A stretch of 43,600 nt of DNA. Source: Candidatus Peribacteria bacterium RIFCSPHIGHO2_02_FULL_53_20 (GTDB taxonomy: Bacteria > Patescibacteriota > Gracilibacteria > Peribacterales > Peribacteraceae). Numbering within the stretch: the first letter of the stretch is position 1; the number at the start of each line of letters is the position of its first letter. The notes under the pieces are model-generated. The model did no database searches. It was not told the origin of the DNA and worked only from the letters and a program-made list of their open reading frames with translations. Positions 1 to 9,345 of the stretch are shown one piece after another. The position numbers and the translations under genes are program-made. The stretch spans positions 1-43,600 of the forward strand of contig MFXW01000005.1 of NCBI GenBank assembly GCA_001787585.1, read 5' to 3'.

Positions 1-65
1 TCATTAACCTCAGTTTTTTCAACACTCTTAACGATATCTTCGCTGGTCATTGCATTACTCGACAT
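1..65 (-). CDS. Partial ORF (N-terminus only) running off the left edge; product unknown
   Basis: Minus-strand ATG at 65 (in-frame ATG at 50) stays open to base 1 (MSSNAMTSEDIVKSVEKTEVN...). Too short to classify. Confidence 0.2.
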   Translation of the reverse strand, partial: MSSNAMTSEDIVKSVEKTEVN

Positions 66-85
66 GTGAATAGAATAGCGCAAAG

Positions 86-481
86 ATGGCTATATTCATT
101 ATGAAAGCTTGGCTTATTACATGGGAGTGGATTGGAGATCATGCCGCGATGCCTGAAAAGGTGGTCGCCATACTCAGTCCCCATTGGTCAGACGAAAAGG
201 TCCGGGAATATGTAGAAGTTCTGTACTCGAATTTGACGTATTCATTCTCCGAAAGAATGTCCTACGCGAAGCGCAAAAAAGATAACCCCTATCCCGCAAA
301 ATTCGATATGTATGGCGGAAGAATTCACTGTGGACATAATCCCAGCCTTTACGCTCGCAAAGTTGAGAATTTGCGAGTCAGTTCGAATGAGGATGGTAGT
401 GAATCTTTGTCTTGGGATGAGATTCCCATTCCTGAAAGAGTTCTTGAACACTACAGAAAGAAACGCGAGGAACAGGCCTAG
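86..481 (+). CDS. Hypothetical protein (131 aa)
   Basis: ATG-initiated ORF with protein-like composition and no motif I recognise. Its stop TAG (479-481) overlaps the stop of a convergent small ORF. Confidence 0.45.
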   Translation: MAIFIMKAWLITWEWIGDHAAMPEKVVAILSPHWSDEKVREYVEVLYSNLTYSFSERMSYAKRKKDNPYPAKFDMYGGRIHCGHNPSLYARKVENLRVSSNEDGSESLSWDEIPIPERVLEHYRKKREEQA

Positions 482-639
482 TACAGTCGGGTGCCATCCT
501 CATCCACCTTCAGCACGTTTGGGTCATCCAGTGGTTCCTGTTCTTGGATCTCTTTCATGAGTAGCAGCAATCCAATTGCATTGGTGAAATCGTAGTTTCT
601 CCATCTCTCAGGCAGCTTATCTCTGAAGTCGGCAGGCAT
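478..639 (-). CDS. Small hypothetical protein (53 aa), below the ORF-track cutoff
   Basis: Hand translation of the minus strand from ATG at 639: MPADFRDKLPERWRNYDFTNAIGLLLLMKEIQEQEPLDDPNVLKVDEDGTRLY, stop at 480-478. No motif recognised. Confidence 0.25.
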   Translation of the reverse strand: MPADFRDKLPERWRNYDFTNAIGLLLLMKEIQEQEPLDDPNVLKVDEDGTRLY

Positions 640-747
640 AGTGGGCAAACCGTTGCTCTCTTGTGCAGAGATTGCAACTCAGTGGACTGGACTTAAGTTC
701 GAATCCCTTCAGCTCGAGCTGTTTCTGTTTGAACCGACTTTTGCTCT

Positions 748-984
748 TCAGATAAGTCTTTTATTGCGAAAGGCAAACCCCGATGAGCTCTTCAGATATT
801 TTTCAAATGCATATGCCTTTCCCTTTGAATTGAATGCAGCATAAAAGGCAAGTTCATCAGGACGTATGCGGCTCGTTGTCGGTACGGCATGGTGATTATG
901 TTTTCCCAATCGCTTCTTCAAGTCTTCGGTGCATCCGATATAGTGCTGGCCATTCTCTAGATGGAGGATATAGACATAGTGCAT
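748..984 (-). CDS. GIY-YIG (URI-domain) small nuclease-like protein (~78 aa)
   Basis: From the internal ATG at 984: MHYVYILHLENGQHYIGCTEDLKKRLGKHN..., the GIY-YIG signature (YVYIL...YIGxT...R...H/N). The longer track ORF (to 1122) adds a non-protein-like N-extension. Confidence 0.75.
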   Translation of the reverse strand: MHYVYILHLENGQHYIGCTEDLKKRLGKHNHHAVPTTSRIRPDELAFYAAFNSKGKAYAFEKYLKSSSGFAFRNKRLI

Positions 985-1291
985 AGCGGATGAATATAGC
1001 TGAAAAAGCCCCACTTCGCTCTGCGATTTGTTACAGGCGAAACGAAACTGGCGAACATTATTTCTTAGTGTCTGGGCAGAGCTACGCGGGGCACACTTCG
1101 CATGCAAGAAATGGCTCGCCACGCGAAGCTCTCGTGAACGAAGTGAACGAGAGCGAAGTGTGGTGGAGCATTCCAGTCTCGCAAGGGGCAGTCTAGCGTT
1201 CTTTGGGGTCCTTAGGGTAGTCCTTTATAAGGTTGGCCCAACCACTCGGATCAGGGCTGTAAATGGAACATTCGGAACACTATAAAAAGGG

Positions 1292-2473
1292 ATGTTCCAT
1301 TCACAAAAACCATTCGGGTCTCCGCCCTTTCGCGCGTCTTGGTCGACCAGCCAGCAAAATATTTCGGAAGGGTATAATGACAACATGAGGAAGAAACCCA
1401 TCCCAAAATCAAAGATCAATCCACTAAAGCCTCCCTTCCGGCAGCAGAATTTGCGGCCAGTGGACATGTTTATCAGCTACTGCGAGGAAAATGGGGTTCG
1501 GGTGACGCGTAAGGAGCTTGAGGCGCTACACAAGGAAGGCTTGCTCTATCCGGCGGTTCGATTGGAAGTGGGATATGGAGTGATGCAGTTTGGCGATAAG
1601 ACGGAGTACGTTGAGGGATCTGTCTTCATTAGAGGCAACGACTGGTTGGATCGTGGATATGAAAAGTCGGCAGTGACCTACCCCGTAGACCTTCCAATTT
1701 CGGCATGGAAGGAGCGACATCGTTTTAGCGAAACTCCAGCAACACTAGAAGACGTGAAAGATGCCTACGAATACCTGTACGACGAGCATCAATTTCTAGC
1801 CATAGCGGTAATTCGGCGATGGAAAGACCATTGGATCAAGGGTGAAGATCCCAAGGAATTCGACGGAAAAATGCGGGCACAACTCGCTGAATTTTATCGA
1901 TTCATCAGTCTTTTCTTTGAGATGGAGGAACAGTGGGAGGAATATAAAAAATGGAGACGAAAGTCATTTGCGAAACTACTCAAGGAATACGATGGAGACG
2001 AAAAGGAAGCAGAGCAAGAGTGGCTGGCACAACATGAAGTGCTGAAACAGCCCAAACAAAAACAATGGGCGGAAAAGTTACTAAAAAAGTACGGATTTAC
2101 GGTCGGCGATATAGACCGATGGCGTTTCATCCTCACACAGCAGAGTTTTTTCAATACACATCGTTCTTCGCATCGAGCGCGAAGCAAATATATCCTCGCT
2201 CTCGAGGACTCCATATTGATGAAAGCTGAGTACGTGAACTATATGATTTTCATCCTCAACCAATTGATCTGCATCCTCACGGGAGAATTACGCAAAGTGA
2301 AGGATGTCATCGGGCATTTTCTGGAACTGCGTTGTGAAATTTGCCATATGCCGATGGAGCCAGATCCTAGGATCAAGGTGCAGTACACCTGTGGAAAGCA
2401 GAAGTGCGAAGACAAACATCGCAACGCAAAGAAGCGCGAGAAATATGCAATGAGAAAACAGAGAATGAAGTAA
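1292..2473 (+). CDS. Hypothetical protein with C-terminal Cys-rich (CxxC...CxxxxC) element and basic tail
   Basis: 393-aa ORF (alternative ATGs at 1385 and 1466). C-terminus reads ...LRCEICHMPMEPDPRIKVQYTCGKQKCEDKHRNAKKREKYAMRKQRMK. First gene of the co-directional methylase/terminase block. Confidence 0.55.
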   Translation: MFHSQKPFGSPPFRASWSTSQQNISEGYNDNMRKKPIPKSKINPLKPPFRQQNLRPVDMFISYCEENGVRVTRKELEALHKEGLLYPAVRLEVGYGVMQFGDKTEYVEGSVFIRGNDWLDRGYEKSAVTYPVDLPISAWKERHRFSETPATLEDVKDAYEYLYDEHQFLAIAVIRRWKDHWIKGEDPKEFDGKMRAQLAEFYRFISLFFEMEEQWEEYKKWRRKSFAKLLKEYDGDEKEAEQEWLAQHEVLKQPKQKQWAEKLLKKYGFTVGDIDRWRFILTQQSFFNTHRSSHRARSKYILALEDSILMKAEYVNYMIFILNQLICILTGELRKVKDVIGHFLELRCEICHMPMEPDPRIKVQYTCGKQKCEDKHRNAKKREKYAMRKQRMK

Positions 2474-2555
2474 ATCTATAGCACACAAAAACCAATCTCA
2501 TGTGCCAAAAGCATTCGGATTTAGGCTATTCCTAGATTTTTTCCCCTACGGATAT

Positions 2556-3854
2556 ATGCCAGCAAAAAATTCCACATCATTGGCAGGACAACTCCGCATT
2601 CTGCATGTACCCATTGATCAGCTTAATCCTGCTCTGTATAACCCCAGAAAATGGAGCGACAAGCAGCAGCGCGATCTTAAAGAAAGCATCAAACGGTTCG
2701 GACTCGTGGATCCGATCCTTATCAACGGTGCGCCGAAGCGCAGGAACGTTGTGATCGGCGGGCATTTCCGATTGGCGATGGCGAAGGAGCTGGGATATGA
2801 AACCGTGCCGGTTGTCGCCCTCAACATTCCTGATCTTCGGAAGGAGAAGGAACTTAATCTCCGATTAAATCGTGACCAGGGAGAGTGGGACATGGATCTG
2901 CTTAAGTCCTTCGACATAGGTGTCCTGCTCGATGTCGGTTTTGACGATCATGACCTCGCTGCGGTGTGGGATGACGCTCTTGCCACTGAAGAGGACGCAT
3001 TCGATGTCGAAAAAGAGCTGGAGCAGATCAAGAAACCAAAAACCAAGCTTGGAGATCTCTACAAGCTCGGCTCGCACAGATTAATCTGCGGAGATTCGAC
3101 GGATCGAGTCGTGGTAGACCGTCTTGTCGGCAAGGAGCGCATGGACATGATTTACATCGATACTCCGTACAATATTTCGCTCGACTACAACAAGGGAGTC
3201 GGCCAGAAGAAGCAGTACGGAGGGAAAACGAACGACAAGAAATCCCCCGAAGAGTACGAAAAATTTCTCCAGGCGATCTACGCCAATGCAATTGCCGTAG
3301 GGAAAAGTGATCTCCACATCTTCGGATGGAACGATGAGACAAATGTAGGGTTGATGCAGAGGATCTTCGCCGATCTTGGTCTCAGGAATCGAAGAACGTG
3401 TCTCTGGATAAAAGGCCCGGCAAATACGGTTCCGGGTGTCGCGTTCGGCAAATGCTACGAGGCATGCGTCTATGCCACCAAGGGAAAGCCGTACCTTTCG
3501 GAAAAGCATCAGAACTTCGACGAAATTCTGAATCGTGAGGTGAGTTCAGGGAACAGAGCGTTGGATGACATCCTCGATCTCCTGAATATCTGGCTGGAGC
3601 GCAGAATCCCGGGCAGCGAGTATGAACATGCAACTCAGAAGCCAATTACCTTAGCGGACAAGCCGCTTCGACGATGCACAAAAATCGGTGACTGCGTGCT
3701 TGATACCACGGGAGGCAGTGGCAGCTCTTTAATGAGCTGTGAGCAATTAAAACGACGTTGTTTCATGGCAGAGATTGAACCCGTGTTTTGCGATCTTATT
3801 ATTCGACGCTTTGAGGCCATGACAGGTCAGAAAGCTTCCCTCATCAAATCATGA
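2556..3854 (+). CDS. ParB-like nuclease domain fused to a beta-class N4/N6 DNA methyltransferase
   Basis: ParB-type N-terminus (LHVPIDQLNPALYNPRKW...IGGHFRLAMAKELGYETVPVV). MTase motif IV-like DMIYIDTPYNI, TQKP, and motif I VLDTTGGSGSS, in the order IV->I. The track start at 2502 is GTG; the first ATG is 2556. Confidence 0.85.
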   Translation: MPAKNSTSLAGQLRILHVPIDQLNPALYNPRKWSDKQQRDLKESIKRFGLVDPILINGAPKRRNVVIGGHFRLAMAKELGYETVPVVALNIPDLRKEKELNLRLNRDQGEWDMDLLKSFDIGVLLDVGFDDHDLAAVWDDALATEEDAFDVEKELEQIKKPKTKLGDLYKLGSHRLICGDSTDRVVVDRLVGKERMDMIYIDTPYNISLDYNKGVGQKKQYGGKTNDKKSPEEYEKFLQAIYANAIAVGKSDLHIFGWNDETNVGLMQRIFADLGLRNRRTCLWIKGPANTVPGVAFGKCYEACVYATKGKPYLSEKHQNFDEILNREVSSGNRALDDILDLLNIWLERRIPGSEYEHATQKPITLADKPLRRCTKIGDCVLDTTGGSGSSLMSCEQLKRRCFMAEIEPVFCDLIIRRFEAMTGQKASLIKS

Positions 3855-4624
3855 AAAAACAAACCATGAGCATTGGCGATATCTTTCAAATCGGAGAGCA
3901 CCGAGTGGCATGCGGAGATAGCCGCGATAAGACACTCGTTGCGAAATTACTCGGCAAAAACCGTGTCTCACTTATTCTGACCGATATTCCGTACGGCGTC
4001 GCATACGTGGAAAGCAAAGCTGGATTCATAAAAACCAAGACAACCCATGTCCCGATTGCCAATGACCATCTCCAGAGCGACAGCGAATTTGCACTTTTCA
4101 CGCACACATGGCTTGCCGCTGTCCACCCGCATATGAATCGAAAAAATGCCGGATATACATTCTGTTCGGACAAGATGCTTTTCGCCTTCCATGACGGGAT
4201 GACCGCAGCGGGGTGGAGATTCGGGCAGATGCTGCATTGGATCAAGACCGCTGCCGTCATGGCCAGACTCGACTACGCCCCACAACACGAATCCATCCTC
4301 TACTTCTGGCTTGGAACGCATGAATTCATGAAATCGAAGGATAGGAGTGTGATCATCCATCCAAAGCCGTCGAAAAATGTTTTCCATCCCACAGAAAAGC
4401 CCATTCCAATCTTGCGACGACTCATTCTGAATTCCTCACGCATCGGGGACTTGGTCTATGACCCGTTCGCGGGTTCAGGCACGACAGGAATCGCTTCTGA
4501 ACATACCAAGCGCCGCTGCGCCATGGTTGAGCTGAATCCTGCCTACTGCCAAATCATTCTTGATCGTCTGGAGAAAATTACGGGAACGAAGCCGAAGAAA
4601 ATTTCCACCACAAGCCATGAGTAA
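3851..4624 (+). CDS. Beta-class N4/N6 DNA methyltransferase (second, stand-alone)
   Basis: Motifs LILTDIPYGV (DPPY-like), HPTEKP and VYDPFAGSGTTG. ATGA start/stop overlap with the upstream methylase at 3851-3854. Confidence 0.85.
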   Translation: MKKQTMSIGDIFQIGEHRVACGDSRDKTLVAKLLGKNRVSLILTDIPYGVAYVESKAGFIKTKTTHVPIANDHLQSDSEFALFTHTWLAAVHPHMNRKNAGYTFCSDKMLFAFHDGMTAAGWRFGQMLHWIKTAAVMARLDYAPQHESILYFWLGTHEFMKSKDRSVIIHPKPSKNVFHPTEKPIPILRRLILNSSRIGDLVYDPFAGSGTTGIASEHTKRRCAMVELNPAYCQIILDRLEKITGTKPKKISTTSHE

Positions 4625-5066
4625 AGAACTCGCGATACAACAGCGGCAAGAGCAGGAAAAATCCATTCTCATCGAGCAACTGAAAAAGACCCCGATTGTG
4701 CAGGTCGCTTGTGAGAAAACCGGAACGGGCAGGACAACCTACTACCGTTGGCGCAAAGAAGATGAGGCGTTCGAGAAAGAAGCTGATACCGCCCTGAAGG
4801 AGGGCAAGTCGCTAGTCAACGATGTCGCGGAGTCACAGCTCCTCGGTGCGATTCGGGAAGGCAATATGACGGCCATCATCTTCTGGCTCAAAAATCATCA
4901 TAACGAGTACGCGAACCGCGTAGAGGTAACGGCGAAGCTTGCCGAACAAGATCCGTTGAACCCCGAACAAGAATCCATTATCCGCGAGGCAATTCGCCTC
5001 GCGGCTTTACCCATTTCCCCCTCTTCCCATGGAGACATCTCCACACTCCCAGAAAGCTCTGATTGA
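4617..5066 (+). CDS. terS: Terminase small-subunit-like HTH protein
   Basis: From ATG 4617: ...ACEKTGTGRTTYYRWRKEDEAFEKEADTAL...GNMTAIIFWLKNHHNEY. This is the HTH plus IIFWLKN pattern typical of phage small terminase (phBC6A51-type HTH) proteins. It overlaps the methylase stop by 8 nt and lies directly upstream of terL. Confidence 0.7.
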   Translation: MSKELAIQQRQEQEKSILIEQLKKTPIVQVACEKTGTGRTTYYRWRKEDEAFEKEADTALKEGKSLVNDVAESQLLGAIREGNMTAIIFWLKNHHNEYANRVEVTAKLAEQDPLNPEQESIIREAIRLAALPISPSSHGDISTLPESSD

Positions 5067-6555
5067 GCAAATGTTCAAAGATCCGGCAGTACGCCGTGCC
5101 GTCATTCGTGAGAGCCATCTCTGGTTCTTTCTCTTCTATCTCTCCCATTACATGAAGTATGCGATGGCGTCCCTGCACCGGGAGATTTTCGCCATCACCG
5201 AGAACAAAGACATTCTCCGTGTGACGATCGTGGCGTTTCGTGGATCAGGGAAATCGACACTCATCACACTTTCCTATGTCCTGTGGTCAATCATGGGTAG
5301 TGAACAACGGAAGTTTATCCTGATCGTCGGAAGAACTCAGGAACAGGCTCGACAGATGCTAAAGAACATCCGAACGGAACTTGAGAACAACCGACTGTTG
5401 CGCCACGACCTTGGACCGTTCCGCGAGGAAGAGGATGAATGGCGTAATGCCTCTCTCGTTATCAGCAACTACGGCGTACGAATCATGGCTGTCTCCGTCG
5501 ATCAGAGCGTTCGCGGGCTTCGACATAAAGAGCACAGACCCGATTTGATCATCTGCGACGACATAGAAGACCTTGAATCCGTCCAGACGCGCGAGAGCCG
5601 CAATAAGACGCGCAATTGGGTAGTGAGTGAATTGGTGCCCGCAGGCGACATCGGCACGCGCTTCTTCCTCGTCGGAAATTACCTCCATGATGATTCCATG
5701 ACGCAACGTACGAAGGAGCAAATTGAGGAACAGAAAGATCGACATTCAGTCTATCGCAGCTATCCGCTCATCGATGATGCGGGCATCTGCCTCTGGCGCG
5801 AGAAGTATCCAGACGAAGCATCAATTCTCGCCGAATATGCGCGCGTGGGTGATGAATCGGCATGGCATCGCGAATACCTCCTCCATATTCTTTCCAATGC
5901 CGAGCGTGTCATTCATCCCGAGTGGATTCAGTACTACGATCAGCTTCCGAAAGAAGATCACGATGTTCGCACGGGTACGCGCGTACGGTTGGTTTGCATC
6001 GCGGTTGGGATCGACCTTGCGATTTCCCAGAGCGACAGTGCGGACTTCACGGCAATGGTCGGTGCGCGAATCTATTACGTTCGTGGCGAATACCACATCT
6101 ACATCCTGCCGAATCCGGTGAATGAACGCCTCACGGCGCTCGAAACGCTGCAGCGGTCTATGCAATTGGCTGATTGCACAAAAGAGGCTGGTAACCCAAC
6201 AAAGATCTATGTGGAGGATGTGGGTTACCAGGCTTCACTCGTCGAACACCTCAAGGAGAAGGGATATGAGGCAGAAGCCGTCAAAGTGAAAGGACAGGAC
6301 AAGCGTGGGCGGTTGGCACTTGCATCACACCCCGTACAGTCGGGACGGGTATTTTTCCCTCGTGAAGGAGCCGAAGAATTGATCGAGCAAATTGTGAATT
6401 TCGGCATCGAGAAACATGACGACCTCGCAGATGCTTTTTCCATGCTGATCATCAAGTCTTTAGAGGAGAAAATTGCCAGCTTTGGTTTCTGTTTTATTGG
6501 AGATGATGGGATTACGGGTTGGGACACAATTCATGGGGATATAGGGCATTCCTAA
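5029..6555 (+). CDS. terL: Terminase large subunit (ATPase + RNase-H-like nuclease)
   Basis: Walker A VAFRGSGKST and Walker B PDLIICDDIED. C-terminal nuclease-type acidic motifs GIDLAISQSDSADFTAMV and DDLADAF. The alternative ATG at 5071 starts 4 nt after the terS stop. Confidence 0.8.
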   Translation: METSPHSQKALIEQMFKDPAVRRAVIRESHLWFFLFYLSHYMKYAMASLHREIFAITENKDILRVTIVAFRGSGKSTLITLSYVLWSIMGSEQRKFILIVGRTQEQARQMLKNIRTELENNRLLRHDLGPFREEEDEWRNASLVISNYGVRIMAVSVDQSVRGLRHKEHRPDLIICDDIEDLESVQTRESRNKTRNWVVSELVPAGDIGTRFFLVGNYLHDDSMTQRTKEQIEEQKDRHSVYRSYPLIDDAGICLWREKYPDEASILAEYARVGDESAWHREYLLHILSNAERVIHPEWIQYYDQLPKEDHDVRTGTRVRLVCIAVGIDLAISQSDSADFTAMVGARIYYVRGEYHIYILPNPVNERLTALETLQRSMQLADCTKEAGNPTKIYVEDVGYQASLVEHLKEKGYEAEAVKVKGQDKRGRLALASHPVQSGRVFFPREGAEELIEQIVNFGIEKHDDLADAFSMLIIKSLEEKIASFGFCFIGDDGITGWDTIHGDIGHS

Positions 6556-6642
6556 GCGGAATTTAGGGGGAGTATCTCCTAGCCTTTCGGGTCGGGTCGC
6601 GGTCTTGTGTGGGGAGAATCTTACTTATTTCTCCCTCTACAA

Positions 6643-8010
6643 ATGGCGACTGCCACGACCAAATCACCGGCTCGAAACATGCTTATATCCATTCCTCAAG
6701 GAGACACACCGAAGCCAAAAATAGGGCTTCGGTACTGTCTCTATGCCCGTAAGTCATCCGAGGATGACGAACGCCAAGCCCTTTCTATTGAATCGCAGAT
6801 CAATGAGATGACCGCGATGGGGAAGCGTGATGGAATCGAGATCGTCGAAATCCGACGGGAAAGTCATTCAGCCAAGGCATCGAGTGCTCGGCCCGTGTAC
6901 AATCAGCTGCTCAAAGACATTCGTGAAGGTGAATTCAATGCCATTCTCACATGGGCACCGGATCGCTTGAGCCGCAATGCTGGCGACCTTGGAACGCTCG
7001 TCGATCTCATGGATCAGGGGCTGCTTCATGAGATCCGCACACACGGTCAGACGTTTACGAATAACCCCAACGAGAAGTTTCTGCTGATGATTCTCTGTTC
7101 TCAGGCAAAACTGGAAAACGATCATCGAGGCATCAATATCAAACGCGGAATGAAGACGCGAGCGGAGATGGGCTACCGACCGACGATGTCGCCGCTGGGA
7201 TATCTTACGACACGCGACATCGGAACCCAGTGGAGCCGCGTGGTGATGGATCCCATGCGAGGGCCGAGGATCAAGGAGATGTACGAACTCGTCGCTTACA
7301 AGGGATTCAGCGGACGCAAGCTCTACGCATGGATGAAAGAGGTAGGATTCGCGACCCGCAAAGGGAACACCGTAACGCTGAGCATGATTTACAGGATGCT
7401 CCGTAACCCCTTCTATCTGGGGACGTACGAGTTTCCGGCGGGAAGCGGCAAGTGGATCAAAGGCGACTACGAACCGTTGATAGAGAAGCAACTCTTCGAT
7501 GAGGTACAGCGACTGCTCGATGCAACACCAAAGAAACCATGGGGTACCAAGGACTTCGCCTTCACGCGGCTCATGACATGCGGAGCATGCGGAGCTGGAG
7601 TGACAGCCGAGGAGAAGAATAAAATACTCAAGGACGGTTCCATCAAGCGCTACGTCTACTACCGATGCACTCACACAAAGGATATTGATTGCCCTGAGCC
7701 GTCCATCCGAGAGGATCGCCTGATCGAACAAATGCTCAATATGATCGAGGATCTAACTCTTGAGACTGAGGCCATCAAGAAGAAGCTCGCAGAGGAATTT
7801 GAAAGACATTGGAAGTTTATGAACGGTGTCCTTGGGCATGCAGAGGGAGAGAAGGAATTGCCAAGGGTCGATAAGCGTAAGTACGCACGCTACCTCCTAA
7901 CGGAAGGCACCACCGAAGAGAAGCGTGCGCTGCTGGCGTGTCTCAAGAGCAAGATCATCCTGAAGGACGGGACACTGAAGATAGAGGATCAGAAGCCGCC
8001 AAAGAAGTAA
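6643..8010 (+). CDS. Large serine recombinase (resolvase/invertase catalytic domain + recombinase domain + Zn ribbon)
   Basis: YCLYARKSSEDDERQALSIESQ (catalytic Ser region), WAPDRLSRN, and the Zn ribbon CGACGAGV...YYRCTH. The track start at 6607 is GTG; the first ATG is 6643. Confidence 0.85.
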   Translation: MATATTKSPARNMLISIPQGDTPKPKIGLRYCLYARKSSEDDERQALSIESQINEMTAMGKRDGIEIVEIRRESHSAKASSARPVYNQLLKDIREGEFNAILTWAPDRLSRNAGDLGTLVDLMDQGLLHEIRTHGQTFTNNPNEKFLLMILCSQAKLENDHRGINIKRGMKTRAEMGYRPTMSPLGYLTTRDIGTQWSRVVMDPMRGPRIKEMYELVAYKGFSGRKLYAWMKEVGFATRKGNTVTLSMIYRMLRNPFYLGTYEFPAGSGKWIKGDYEPLIEKQLFDEVQRLLDATPKKPWGTKDFAFTRLMTCGACGAGVTAEEKNKILKDGSIKRYVYYRCTHTKDIDCPEPSIREDRLIEQMLNMIEDLTLETEAIKKKLAEEFERHWKFMNGVLGHAEGEKELPRVDKRKYARYLLTEGTTEEKRALLACLKSKIILKDGTLKIEDQKPPKK

Positions 8011-8093
8011 CATACTTGGAGAGTAATCATCATGAATTCTCATGTAGAATTACCTATGTGGATCCATTACAACCAACAATCGGGGCGCCGCGG

Positions 8094-9299
8094 ATGAGCA
8101 TAGGGATTGGATGTCCACCCGGTGCTGAACGATGCAATATCTCTGGAAAACCCGATCCACACAGCGGAACGATTGACGCAAAAGCGCAGCTATTGGACTC
8201 ACATGGCAAACTCCGAGGTGAAGCTCGTTACCGCATTACAGAAGATTTTATAGACTACGCTCAATCCCAAATGCCAGAGGGTCTGTATCTGGATTGGCTG
8301 CCGCGAAATTTAGGAGGCACACAACCGACTCAAGCAATGAAGCAGCAATCCCAAGTGAATTTTCAACACCATATCCAGACTTTTTTCTGCAATCATGCTT
8401 TTGCATATCTCGTGCTCGGCAAACTGGCAACTGGTCAAGATGTGGATCGTACCTTCGACACCAATGCGTTAGAAACTGCGTTTGCGTTTTCGGATGATCC
8501 ACCTAACCACGATGATTTTATCGCTCGACTACAAAAACTCAGTGCGACCGCTCACGGTACGGAATTGCTAAAGGAATTGGCATCGCTTCATATCGCCCTG
8601 TTCTATGGAGTCACCCTCCCGTCAGCAGAAGCATTTCTTGCCCGTTTGATGAAGCAAGGCTTGATCGAGAAGTGCTGCAAGAAAACGGGTTACAAGGTTC
8701 CGTATGGGGATAGGAATGCCGATACAGTCCTCTCATGTATCGAGCTGACGAAGGAAGGTCTAAGTTACAAAACAAGTGCGCCACAAACTGTTCGATGCTT
8801 TGTAGTTATGCCATTCGCAGGATTAGATTCTACTTATAAAGTAATCGAATCTGCTTGGCGCACAGTTTTTGGCGAAGCACCAATCATTCGGCAGGACAAA
8901 GATCCAGACGGAGGTGGTAGCCGTCTGATCGATGAAAAAATTCTCGTGAACATTGATTCTGCGTCTGTCGTCATAGCTGACCTTTCCCTCGGGGAGAGGG
9001 AACAGGAAGCTTATACTGCTTTGTCCACTGATTTGAGAGCTCGATTCGCACCGCTCAACCCTAATGTCATGTTTGAAGTGGGATACGCAATACGTTGTGC
9101 CCAGGACGATGATCAACGAGAGATTTTCCTGATCGCACAAAATCCTGCATGCCAGTTTCTCCAATCGCGGGTATTCGATTTGAGGAACAGAGCCATCCAT
9201 AGTTACGAGTCATCTGATGACGGGTTGCGGGCGTTGCACGCCACCCTCGTCGATTTCCTAGCCCACAAAAAAGGAAATGCATCAAAGCTGGAAAAATAG
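8094..9299 (+). CDS. Unknown N-terminal region + winged-helix-like segment + C-terminal TIR-like / nucleoside 2-deoxyribosyltransferase-like domain
   Basis: C-terminus: CFVVMPF...SASVVIADLS...NPNVMFEVGYA...IFLIA, the MPF / ADxS / NVxFExGY pattern of the NDT and CAP12/PycTIR-type TIR-like fold (recalled consensus). Middle segment LARLMKQGLIEKCCKKTGYKVPYGDRNADTVLSCIELTKEGL resembles a MarR-type wHTH. Start is uncertain (GTG 7938 overlaps the recombinase; ATG 8094). Confidence 0.6.
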   Translation: MSIGIGCPPGAERCNISGKPDPHSGTIDAKAQLLDSHGKLRGEARYRITEDFIDYAQSQMPEGLYLDWLPRNLGGTQPTQAMKQQSQVNFQHHIQTFFCNHAFAYLVLGKLATGQDVDRTFDTNALETAFAFSDDPPNHDDFIARLQKLSATAHGTELLKELASLHIALFYGVTLPSAEAFLARLMKQGLIEKCCKKTGYKVPYGDRNADTVLSCIELTKEGLSYKTSAPQTVRCFVVMPFAGLDSTYKVIESAWRTVFGEAPIIRQDKDPDGGGSRLIDEKILVNIDSASVVIADLSLGEREQEAYTALSTDLRARFAPLNPNVMFEVGYAIRCAQDDDQREIFLIAQNPACQFLQSRVFDLRNRAIHSYESSDDGLRALHATLVDFLAHKKGNASKLEK

Positions 9300-9320
9300 C
9301 CCTAAATCAACTAACATTCT

Positions 9321-9345
9321 GATAATAAGGTCTTACCTTATTATC
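9321..9345. repeat. Perfect 11-bp inverted repeat with 3-nt spacer (GATAATAAGGT-CTT-ACCTTATTATC)
   Basis: Read directly. It ends 8 nt before the ATG of the PLD-SNF2 gene and lies 22 nt after the stop of the wHTH/TIR-like gene. No downstream T-run. Confidence 0.9.

Noticed and set aside
6868-7731. 287-aa minus-strand ORF inside the serine recombinase gene
   Set aside because: A shadow ORF. The plus frame carries unmistakable resolvase and Zn-ribbon motifs.
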